The notes beneath the pieces were generated by a model. It was not told the origin of the DNA and did no database searches. It saw only the letters and a list, made by a program, of their open reading frames with translations. From a virus, in the IMG/VR virus record IMGVR_UViG_3300009776_000830: a DNA stretch of 64,000 bases. One strand, given 5' to 3'. This document shows positions 48,819 through 57,323 of the stretch, piece by piece. Numbering within the stretch: the stretch's first letter is position 1; every line of letters begins with the position of its first letter. The position numbers and the translations under genes were made by a program.

Positions 48819-48931
48819 TTTTATTTTTTTTTATTTATATATTAAATTGAAAAACCATTATTTTTCCATTATTTTGTTTTTCAAACTATAAAATAATATT
48901 AAGATATATAAAAAAAAAATGATTATTGTTT

Positions 48932-49117
48932 ATGGTAAATAGATTAAAAAATGAAGAAAAACGGAAAAATCTTCCAGTTTCTTTAAATAGAAAATTATAT
49001 GATATTCTAGAAGAAGTTTGTGCCGAAAAAGATGTTAATAAATCAAAATTAGTGGAGAAACTGATAAGAGAATATCTAAAAGAAGAAAAAGGAATAGACA
49101 CAAGCTCTATAATATAA
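48932..49117 (+). CDS. Ribbon-helix-helix (CopG-like) protein, paralog of 48477..48632
   Basis: LPVSLNRKLYDILEEVCAEKDVNKSKLVEKLIREYL. Confidence 0.8.
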   Translation: MVNRLKNEEKRKNLPVSLNRKLYDILEEVCAEKDVNKSKLVEKLIREYLKEEKGIDTSSII

Positions 49118-49135
49118 AAAAGAAGCAAGAGAATA

Positions 49136-49285
49136 ATGGATTTAAATATAAAAGATTTTGAAGTTTTAAATATAGATAATATAAAGAAAATAGAAAAAGA
49201 AACCACAATGTATGATATCGAAGTGGAAGACGATAATACATTTTACATATCTAAAAATCAAAAAGATGATATATTAGTTCATAAT
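49136..49285 (+). mobile_element. Split intein C-fragment (IntC, 50 aa)
   Basis: Block F MYDIEVEDDNTFY, block G ILVHN followed by Cys+1. Confidence 0.92.
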
Positions 49286-51067
49286 TGTGATGGAGATCAT
49301 ATAAGGGGATTGATTATAAATCTTTTTGACACATTTTGGCCGGAACTTTTAAAATTAAATTTTATCTATGATTTCATAAGCCCTATAGTCAAGATCACAA
49401 ATGGAAAAACTGTAAAATATTTTTATAGATTAAGTGAATATCAAAAAGAAAAAGATAAATATAAGGGATTGGAAATCAAGTGGATAAAGGGGTTAGGCAC
49501 GATAAGTCCAGACGAAATGAAATTGTTTTTTAAAAATATTAAAAAACACCTCATTCCTTTTCATTATGACAATAAAGATACAGAAGAGCTCATTGATATG
49601 GTTTTCAACACGAAACGATCGGACGATAGAAAAGAATGGATGAAAAATTATGAGCCGAAAGATATTATAGATAAATTTTCAACAAAACAGACATTTGATA
49701 AATTTATAAACACAGAGCTTATGGAATGGAGTATGGCAGATAATAATCGTGTCATACCAAGTGCTATTGACGGATTGAAGCCTGGCCAGCGCAAAGTTAT
49801 TTATACTTTGTTTAAGAAGGGGCTCAAAGGAGAAATAAAAGTCAGTTCTTTATCAGGCTCTGTCATTCAGGATGCGGCTTATCATAATGGGAATGTTTCT
49901 ATTGAGCAAACCATAATAGGAATGGCTCAAGATTTTGTTGGCTCGAATAATTTGAATCTGATATTACCAAAGGGGCAATTTGGATCGCGTTTGAAAGGCG
50001 GAAGCGATGCGGCAGCATCTAGATATATTTTCACAAAATTTAACGATATAACTAGTTATATTTTTAGAAAAGAAGACAATGATATTTTAACATATCTAGA
50101 TGATGATGGATTTTTAATCGAACCAAAATATTACGTTCCGATTATACCAATGATATTAGTGAATGGAGCGAAGGGAATAGGTTCTGGTTATTCGACAGAG
50201 ATACCTTCATATAATCCTATGGATATAATAATCTATCTCCAAAATAAAATAAAGAAAAAGAAAAATATAGAATTAAATCCATTCTATAAAGATTTCAAAG
50301 GTGAGATAATCTTAGATATAGAAAATCGAAGATATATTACCAGGGGGGTTTTGAAAAAATTAAATGAAACAACATATGAAATAAATGAGCTTCCGATAGG
50401 AATTTGGAATTCAAATTACTATGAATTTTTGGATGAGCTGTCAGAAGATAAGAAAGATAAAAATGGAAAGATTATTCGTAAATCTATAATAAGAGATTGG
50501 AGCAAAAATGGTAATGATAAAGAAGTAAAAATAAAGATTTATTTTTATAAAGACATCGATGATGATTATTATAATGATATATTCAAAAATCTAAGATTAG
50601 AAACGTATGTTTCATTTAATAATATGCATCTTTTTGATAAAAATAAGAAGATAAAAAAATATAATAATCAGTATGAAATTATTGATGATTTTTATGAAAC
50701 GAGAATAGAATATTATGATAAAAGAAAAAATCATTTATTAGACGATTTAAATTATGATATTAGCGTTTTGAAAAACAGAATTATGTTTGTCAAAGCTGTT
50801 GTTGACGATAAGTTAGTTATAAACAAAAGAAGTCGCGAGCAAATAGAAAAAGATATAGCGTCTTTAAATCTAATGAAAATAAATGACTCATATTCATATT
50901 TATTGAATATGTCAATATCTAGTTTGACAAAGGAAAAGTTGATAGATTTAAAAGAAGAATATGACAAAAAAAAGAATGATTTAAAACTTTTGAAAGAAAA
51001 AACAATAGAAGATATGTGGTTGGAAGAACTAGAAATTTTAAAAAAGGAATTGAAAAAATATGAATGA
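49136..51067 (+). CDS. Split-intein C-fragment fused to topoisomerase II C-half (rest of TOPRIM + breakage-reunion domain, 593 aa)
   Basis: VHN|CDGDHIRGL, KWIKGLGT, IPSAIDGLKPGQRK, YHNG, AAASRYIF (catalytic Tyr), PMILVNGAKGIGSG. Confidence 0.95.
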   Translation: MDLNIKDFEVLNIDNIKKIEKETTMYDIEVEDDNTFYISKNQKDDILVHNCDGDHIRGLIINLFDTFWPELLKLNFIYDFISPIVKITNGKTVKYFYRLSEYQKEKDKYKGLEIKWIKGLGTISPDEMKLFFKNIKKHLIPFHYDNKDTEELIDMVFNTKRSDDRKEWMKNYEPKDIIDKFSTKQTFDKFINTELMEWSMADNNRVIPSAIDGLKPGQRKVIYTLFKKGLKGEIKVSSLSGSVIQDAAYHNGNVSIEQTIIGMAQDFVGSNNLNLILPKGQFGSRLKGGSDAAASRYIFTKFNDITSYIFRKEDNDILTYLDDDGFLIEPKYYVPIIPMILVNGAKGIGSGYSTEIPSYNPMDIIIYLQNKIKKKKNIELNPFYKDFKGEIILDIENRRYITRGVLKKLNETTYEINELPIGIWNSNYYEFLDELSEDKKDKNGKIIRKSIIRDWSKNGNDKEVKIKIYFYKDIDDDYYNDIFKNLRLETYVSFNNMHLFDKNKKIKKYNNQYEIIDDFYETRIEYYDKRKNHLLDDLNYDISVLKNRIMFVKAVVDDKLVINKRSREQIEKDIASLNLMKINDSYSYLLNMSISSLTKEKLIDLKEEYDKKKNDLKLLKEKTIEDMWLEELEILKKELKKYE

Positions 51068-51290
51068 AATTAATGTAGACGGGTGTTTAAATTGCCCGTT
51101 TCTTACATCAGAATATGATGATTGGGCCGTTGGACATTCTACCTTAGATAAATGTACTCTTTCTATGTTTTTAGATAAAGAAGAATATATAGTTTCTATG
51201 CACGACAATTATGGACCGAATCAAGATTCTGATACTCCAAAATGGTGTCCATTAATAGAAAATTCTTATTTGTTAAAAAAATCTGAATAA
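51060..51290 (+). CDS. Small Cys-containing phage protein
   Basis: GCLNCPF..C..TPKWCPL. Confidence 0.7.
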   Translation: MNEINVDGCLNCPFLTSEYDDWAVGHSTLDKCTLSMFLDKEEYIVSMHDNYGPNQDSDTPKWCPLIENSYLLKKSE

Positions 51291-51291
51291 A

Positions 51292-51828
51292 ATGGAAAAA
51301 GAAACACCAAAAACTTTTCAAGTGATATATGCTGATCCACCTTGGTCGTATGATAATAAAAAAACTGGTGGTAGTATGATATCTGGTTCGGCTTCAAAAT
51401 ATCCTACAATGAGTGTTGATGAAATATGCGAAATGAAGATACCATCAGATAAAAATTCTGTTCTATTTTTGTGGGCTACTGTTCCTTTGATGCCATACGC
51501 ATTTAAAGTAATGGAAGCTTGGGGATATAAATATAAAACAATGATAACCTGGCGAAAAATAATGAGTTTAGGAATGGGATTTTGGTGGCGCGGACAAACT
51601 GAGCATCTTTTATTCGGTGTTAAAGGTAATGTTAAAGCTTTTCGTATGCAGGAGCCTAACATTATTCAATGTAAAGTCGAACGTCATAGTCAAAAACCAA
51701 AAGCTTTTCGTGAGCTCATAGAAAGGGCAACAACTCATATGCCAAATAAATTAGAACTTTTTGCTCGAGAAAAGGTTGATGGTTGGTATGTTTGGGGAAA
51801 TGAAGTGGAAAGCGATATAAAAATGTAA
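51292..51828 (+). CDS. MT-A70-family (m6A) methyltransferase
   Basis: VIYADPPW, LFLWAT, GQTEHLLFG, HSQKP, KLELFAR. Confidence 0.92.
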   Translation: MEKETPKTFQVIYADPPWSYDNKKTGGSMISGSASKYPTMSVDEICEMKIPSDKNSVLFLWATVPLMPYAFKVMEAWGYKYKTMITWRKIMSLGMGFWWRGQTEHLLFGVKGNVKAFRMQEPNIIQCKVERHSQKPKAFRELIERATTHMPNKLELFAREKVDGWYVWGNEVESDIKM

Positions 51829-51864
51829 TTTTTTTTTTAATATATATAAGAAAAAAAAAACAAT

Positions 51865-52266
51865 ATGAATTTGAAAAAATTTGAGGGATTCGATAATAAA
51901 AAAGATCTAGAGACATCGGTGTTACAAAATCTTCTTGAATTATCCAAGGATGAAAAAAAATTTGATAAAGCTGTTGTGGCTTTGTATATGAATAGTTCTA
52001 TATCAATGGAGGTTATAAACTCCTTTTACGAATCAATAGGTAGAAAATCTATATTGGAAGACGATCCATTTGGTGAAGATGCTGATTTACCAGCACCTCC
52101 AAGGCGATCACCGACACGATTTTTTGATGCTTGTCATACTACAACTACAAGAACAGTTGGTTGTGGTGGCGGCGCTGGTCAGGAAGCGGCTCATCGGCCA
52201 AGAAGAAGAGGAAGAGCTAGAGGTTTCGGAATAAGTTGTGGCGGCAATCAAGGAGGAGGATGTTAA
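51865..52266 (+). CDS. CTS-like protein with Gly/Cys/Arg-rich C-terminal tail (possible modified-peptide precursor)
   Basis: MNLKKFEGF, DDPFGED, C-terminal VGCGGG..ISCGGNQGGGC. Confidence 0.65.
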   Translation: MNLKKFEGFDNKKDLETSVLQNLLELSKDEKKFDKAVVALYMNSSISMEVINSFYESIGRKSILEDDPFGEDADLPAPPRRSPTRFFDACHTTTTRTVGCGGGAGQEAAHRPRRRGRARGFGISCGGNQGGGC

Positions 52267-53158
52267 ATTCATTTTTATGATTTTATTTGATAAGGAAATA
52301 CCAATAAGAACTCATCATTGTAGTGTGTTTGATCAACCACCGAAAGAGGTTGAAATCCCTTATGTTAATTTGTATATAAGATTCAAAGGATGTAATGCCA
52401 AATGTAAATTTTGTGAATATTCTGACACAGCGAATAAATTTAATATTGAAAAATTTAAATTCATATTAGAAGAATTAAAGAAAAATATAAGCATTAAAAA
52501 AGTTTCTTTGACTGGGGGCGAACCAACATTAAATTTCGATAAATTTAAAGAAATTACTCTTCTTGCAAACGAAATATTGAACGAGTCAGCTTTTGTGTTG
52601 AACACTAATGGATTTAATTTACAAAAAATATTTAATGATGAAGTTTTGGGATATATTGATAATATATCAATAAGTCGCCACCATTATAATGATGATTTGA
52701 ATAATGAGATCTTGGGATTAAATACGATAAGATCTAGTGAATTAAAAGAATATGCTGCCGAATACGAAGATACTGAATTATTACATTTTAGTTGTAATTT
52801 AACAAAAGGATATATAGATTCGAAAAAAGAAATATTAAAATATTTGGAATATACGAATGATACTAATGTGCATAGTGTTGGTTTTGTTCAACTTATGCCT
52901 ATAAATGATTATTGTAAAGAACATTTCGTTCATATTGATTTAGATTCTTTATTAAGTAAAAGATTTAATTTGTTGAAAAGAACAAAAAAACTAGGGGCCT
53001 GTGAATGCAATAATTACGTCTATATACCAAAGAAAATGAAAAATTCTGCTGTAAGAGTATATTATAAAAATACTTATTTTCCAGAAAAAATGATAAATGA
53101 TCTAACTTTCGATGGCGAAAATCTTTTTTACGGATTCGATGGTGTAAAAATTGTTTAA
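52238..53158 (+). CDS. Radical SAM enzyme (likely start ATG 52277)
   Basis: CNAKCKFC (CxxxCxxC), SLTGGEPT, LNTNG, ISISRHH. Confidence 0.92.
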   Translation: MAAIKEEDVKFIFMILFDKEIPIRTHHCSVFDQPPKEVEIPYVNLYIRFKGCNAKCKFCEYSDTANKFNIEKFKFILEELKKNISIKKVSLTGGEPTLNFDKFKEITLLANEILNESAFVLNTNGFNLQKIFNDEVLGYIDNISISRHHYNDDLNNEILGLNTIRSSELKEYAAEYEDTELLHFSCNLTKGYIDSKKEILKYLEYTNDTNVHSVGFVQLMPINDYCKEHFVHIDLDSLLSKRFNLLKRTKKLGACECNNYVYIPKKMKNSAVRVYYKNTYFPEKMINDLTFDGENLFYGFDGVKIV

Positions 53159-53190
53159 TCTTTTGTTTTTTTATTGTCTATATAATTTTT

Positions 53191-54174
53191 ATGTTTAAAG
53201 AAGGTTTAGTTTGTGGTAAATTTGAAGTGTTGCATAAAGGACATTTAGCTCTAATAGATTTTGCTAGAAATAGATGTGATAAACTGAATATTTTATTATG
53301 TTCGAATGAAAAATATGAATTGATACCTGGTCGAACAAGATTTCAATGGTTAAAAGAAACATATAAATATGACAATAAAATTAATGTGGAATATACAGAT
53401 GTAGATTTGCCATATACTTCTGAATCAAATAGAGATGTTGCTGAAGTTTGGTCGAATTATTTCAAAAAATTATATCCAGAATTATATGTCATATTTACTT
53501 CAGAAAAATATGGTGATTATGTTGCTGAATACATGAAAATCGAGCATATTATGTTTGATGAAAAAAGAATTTCAAAACCAATAAGCTCGACAGAAATAAT
53601 AAAAAGACCTCTATCAAATTGGGATTTTATATCAGATGTGGCCAAACCATATTTTGTTAAAAAAATTGTTTTATTTGGAACTGAATCAACTGGAAAATCC
53701 ACCTTCTCAGAAAAACTAGCTAAAGAGTTTTCAACAAATTGTGTTCTTGAAAGATCTAGAGATATAATGACAAATACAGATACTTGCACTTATGAAGATA
53801 TGTTTATTTTAGCCGAAATGCATTCCAATGATATAAATAAAGGCATTATAAATTCAAACAAGATGATTTTTGTAGATACAAATATAGAAACTATAAAAGT
53901 TTATTCCGATTTCTTATTTAATAAGAAACCGTCATTTAAAAATTGGATCGAACAATCGAACAAGGCTGATTTATATATATTTTTATCAAACGACGCCCCA
54001 TATGTTCAAGATGGAACCAGGCTCAATTTAGAAAGAAGAAATAGATTGAATGATATGGAATTAGAACACTTGATAAAAAATAATCTAAACTTTGAAATCG
54101 TAAAAGGACAGAATTGGGACGAAAGGTATCAAAAAGCTATTCAAATAATTAAAAAATTTAAAGAAAATTTATGA
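53191..54174 (+). CDS. nadR: NadR-like bifunctional NMN adenylyltransferase / nicotinamide-riboside kinase (no HTH)
   Basis: GKFEVLHKGH (HxGH), FTSEKYG, Walker A GTESTGKST, FVDTN, YVQDGTR. Confidence 0.88.
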   Translation: MFKEGLVCGKFEVLHKGHLALIDFARNRCDKLNILLCSNEKYELIPGRTRFQWLKETYKYDNKINVEYTDVDLPYTSESNRDVAEVWSNYFKKLYPELYVIFTSEKYGDYVAEYMKIEHIMFDEKRISKPISSTEIIKRPLSNWDFISDVAKPYFVKKIVLFGTESTGKSTFSEKLAKEFSTNCVLERSRDIMTNTDTCTYEDMFILAEMHSNDINKGIINSNKMIFVDTNIETIKVYSDFLFNKKPSFKNWIEQSNKADLYIFLSNDAPYVQDGTRLNLERRNRLNDMELEHLIKNNLNFEIVKGQNWDERYQKAIQIIKKFKENL

Positions 54175-56111
54175 AAAAATTATTACTCATTTTATTATTG
54201 TTTTCCACTTGCTTTTTAATGTATGGTCAAGACACCATCAATTTAAAAGAAGTAGATATTATATCTTTTTATAGAGCGGACAAAAAGATACCAGTAACAC
54301 AAAAAACTGCAATTACTGAAAATTCTTATACAGAAGAGGTTCCGATATATCTATCAAAAACACCATCTATAACATCAAATTCTGATGGTGGTCATAATAT
54401 AGGATATTCCTATATGAGACTTAGAGGAATAGATCAAACAAGAATAAATTTTACTTTAGATGGAATACCTTTAAATGAGCCTGAGGATCAAGGCTTTTAT
54501 TCATCTAATTTTCCTGATTTTGTCGCATCAACATCTTCAACACAGATTATAAGGGGAGTCGGTCCTTCAAATTATGGAGTGTCTTCTTATGTGGGTTCAG
54601 TTAATTTTGAAAGTAAGAATTTGCCAGATTCAGCATATCTAAAATTAATAAGAGATTTTGGATCTTATAACACAAACAAAAGAGGATTCGAAATAAATAC
54701 TGGTTCTTTAAAAAATCTAGCCCTTTATTATAGAATATCTAGTATGAATACAGATGGTTATAAAGAACATTCTGGTTCTGATGGATACTCGAGTTTTTTT
54801 AAAATAGGATACTTTAAAAAAAATGATATTTTTAAATTTTCATTTTTCAATGGTAATGTTAATAATAATCTGGCTTGGTATGGTGTAACAAAAAAAGAGA
54901 TAGAGGATTATGGTAGAAGATATAATGCAAATACAATTAACGAAGATGATGAATATAAAGAAACTCTCGCATATCTACAATATATTCATAACATAAATAA
55001 TAAATCAGATATAACAACATCTGTATATTACAGCAAATTAGATGGTTATTGGGCTTATGATTATGGAGATATAATAAAATATAATGTTAGATCTAATTTA
55101 TACGGACTAACAACAAATTATGTTTTTAATAAGAATAATTTCAAAATAAATGTCGGCATAAATGGGAGCACATATAATAGATTACATTTTGGCGAAACGA
55201 ATATAAAATTATATGAGAACAAAGGAATAAAAAACAATTTGAATACTTATTCAAAATTATCTTATTCGAAAAGAAATTTTACAACTTATATTGATCTGCA
55301 AGAGTCTTTTATTAGTTATGATTATGTGAAAGACATAATAGATCCAATATCGGTTGGTATGAATAAGAAGGAATGGCGGTTCTTTAATCCAAAAGCTGGT
55401 TTATCATACAATTTTAATAATAATAAAATATATTTATCAGTAGGTAAAATGCAACGTGAACCAACTCGGGCAGATATGTTTGGTGGGTTAGATAATTTAG
55501 ATGTGAATAATATAAATTTCACCAATATATCTCCAGAAGATGTTATTGATTATGAAATTGGTTTAAATATTGATAAAAAATCATTAAAATATAATTTGAA
55601 TTATTTCTATATGGATTTCAATAATGAAATAACATTGTCCGGTGCATTAGGTCAAAATGGTTTGCCGTTAATGACGAGTGTGGATCGAAGTTTTCGATCT
55701 GGATTTGAGAGCGATTTAGATGTTTTATATAAGAACTTTGAATTAAACAACAATTTTACTTTTATGTACAATGAAATAAAAACTGACTCTGGTAATTTCA
55801 AACCAGTTATGACACCAGATTTTTTAATAAACACATCTTTAACTTACAATTATAAAAAATTTGAATTATCTATGACACATAAATATATATCAAAACGATA
55901 TATAGATCTAGAGAATACATCAACTTTAGATCCATTTCAAGAACTCGGTATGAACTTAAAATATAAAACTAAAAATTTTGACATTTCTTTTATTACAAAT
56001 AATTTGACCAATGAAAAGAATTTTTCAACAGCTTACTTGAGTTATGGTGAAATTTTATATATGGTTTCTGCTGAAAGAAATTATTATTTATCTTTAATTT
56101 TTAAATTATAA
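54171..56111 (+). CDS. TonB-dependent outer-membrane receptor (Bacteroidetes vitamin-uptake type)
   Basis: Signal peptide; plug SDGG..GYSYMRLRGIDQTRINFTLDGIPLNEPEDQ, QIIRGVGPS; FFNPKAG, PEDVIDYEIG; C-terminal beta-signal. Confidence 0.88.
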   Translation: MKKLLLILLLFSTCFLMYGQDTINLKEVDIISFYRADKKIPVTQKTAITENSYTEEVPIYLSKTPSITSNSDGGHNIGYSYMRLRGIDQTRINFTLDGIPLNEPEDQGFYSSNFPDFVASTSSTQIIRGVGPSNYGVSSYVGSVNFESKNLPDSAYLKLIRDFGSYNTNKRGFEINTGSLKNLALYYRISSMNTDGYKEHSGSDGYSSFFKIGYFKKNDIFKFSFFNGNVNNNLAWYGVTKKEIEDYGRRYNANTINEDDEYKETLAYLQYIHNINNKSDITTSVYYSKLDGYWAYDYGDIIKYNVRSNLYGLTTNYVFNKNNFKINVGINGSTYNRLHFGETNIKLYENKGIKNNLNTYSKLSYSKRNFTTYIDLQESFISYDYVKDIIDPISVGMNKKEWRFFNPKAGLSYNFNNNKIYLSVGKMQREPTRADMFGGLDNLDVNNINFTNISPEDVIDYEIGLNIDKKSLKYNLNYFYMDFNNEITLSGALGQNGLPLMTSVDRSFRSGFESDLDVLYKNFELNNNFTFMYNEIKTDSGNFKPVMTPDFLINTSLTYNYKKFELSMTHKYISKRYIDLENTSTLDPFQELGMNLKYKTKNFDISFITNNLTNEKNFSTAYLSYGEILYMVSAERNYYLSLIFKL

Positions 56112-56146
56112 AATAATTTTTTACTTTTGTAAAAATAAAAAAAAAA

Positions 56147-56557
56147 ATGAATGTAAGAGTTGGTGTCGGTGTAATAGTCTATTATGAAAACAAAATTTTT
56201 CTATTGAAACGACAAGGCTCGCACGGATCTGGTGAATGGAGTTTTCCAGGAGGACATTTAGAATATTTTGAAACATTAGAAGATTGTGCCTGTCGCGAAG
56301 TCAAAGAAGAATTAGATATTGAAATAGAAAATTTGAAATTTCTGACCATAACCAATGATATTTTCGAAAAGGAGAATAAACATTACATAACAATATATTT
56401 TACATCAGACTATAAATCAGGTGATTATAAAATAATGGAGCCAGATAAAGCTACTGATATCGGACTATTTGATAAAAATGAATTGCCCGAGCCATTGTTT
56501 CTTCCAATAAGGAATTTGTTAGAAAATGAAAAAAAATTGAATTATAAATATTTATGA
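56147..56557 (+). CDS. Nudix hydrolase (MutT/NUDT15-like)
   Basis: WSFPGGHLEYFETLEDCACREVKEE Nudix box; MEPDK. Confidence 0.93.
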   Translation: MNVRVGVGVIVYYENKIFLLKRQGSHGSGEWSFPGGHLEYFETLEDCACREVKEELDIEIENLKFLTITNDIFEKENKHYITIYFTSDYKSGDYKIMEPDKATDIGLFDKNELPEPLFLPIRNLLENEKKLNYKYL

Positions 56558-56730
56558 CAAACAAAGAAGAATATGTTATTTTATACTATGAGTCTCTATT
56601 TGGGGATGATATTTCTTTGCAAAAAATAATTTTTGATAAACATATAATATATCTCTGTGAAAAAACTGGCTATAAAAAAGAAGAAATATTGGAAATCGTA
56701 AAAAAATATATAGATGAAAAAAATTCATAA
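56554..56730 (+). CDS. Small hypothetical protein (58 aa)
   Basis: Manual translation MTNKEEYVILYYESLFG..; ATGA overlap with the Nudix gene. Confidence 0.55.
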   Translation: MTNKEEYVILYYESLFGDDISLQKIIFDKHIIYLCEKTGYKKEEILEIVKKYIDEKNS

Positions 56731-56943
56731 ATGCCATTATTTACAACTTTAAAAAGAGTTATGACCGAATATGGTGAAATAAGAATGGTAGCGGATAGAA
56801 GAATAGAGTGTTCGAGTTGGGATAAAGCCGAAGAAATTTGTAGAAGATTTTATCCTGATCTAGTGGTAGATGGAGAATTTGTTGAAGAAATTCAAATTGC
56901 TGAGCATTTTGTAGAGAATATAAAAAAATCCAACTTTTTATAG
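56731..56943 (+). CDS. Small hypothetical protein
   Basis: ORF track, abuts the previous stop. Confidence 0.6.
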   Translation: MPLFTTLKRVMTEYGEIRMVADRRIECSSWDKAEEICRRFYPDLVVDGEFVEEIQIAEHFVENIKKSNFL

Positions 56944-56957
56944 AGTTGGATTTTTTT
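56922..56957. terminator. Bidirectional terminator hairpin
   Basis: AAAAAAATCCAACT / AGTTGGATTTTTTT perfect 14-bp inverted repeat between convergent genes. Confidence 0.8.
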
Positions 56958-56976
56958 ATAATTTTTCAAGCCATTA

Positions 56977-57303
56977 TTAGAGATTTTCAAAAATGTTATC
57001 TAATTTTGATCTGTCTATAGTTCTTATATCTGAATTTTCTTCTTCTTCAAAATAATATGATAGATTTTGTATATCTATAACGATAAAATTCTTTTTATCA
57101 ACATCTTTAACTGCATCGTCTGCCGTAAAGCTATAATCGGTCAATTTATCAACGATGCCTTTATCAAACTTTATTTGAAATTTAAATTTATTCTCTTTTG
57201 AGAATTTTCTTTGTGGACCTGGTTCATTCATTTCAGCTGGAACAGGTTGAACATCAGCATTTTCATTCATAAAAGAATTATAATTTTTAATTATTTTTTT
57301 CAT
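56977..57303 (-). CDS. CTS-bearing small protein
   Basis: MKKIIKNYNSFMNE. Confidence 0.7.
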   Translation of the reverse strand: MKKIIKNYNSFMNENADVQPVPAEMNEPGPQRKFSKENKFKFQIKFDKGIVDKLTDYSFTADDAVKDVDKKNFIVIDIQNLSYYFEEEENSDIRTIDRSKLDNIFENL

Positions 57304-57323
57304 ATCTTTTTAATTATTTTTTT

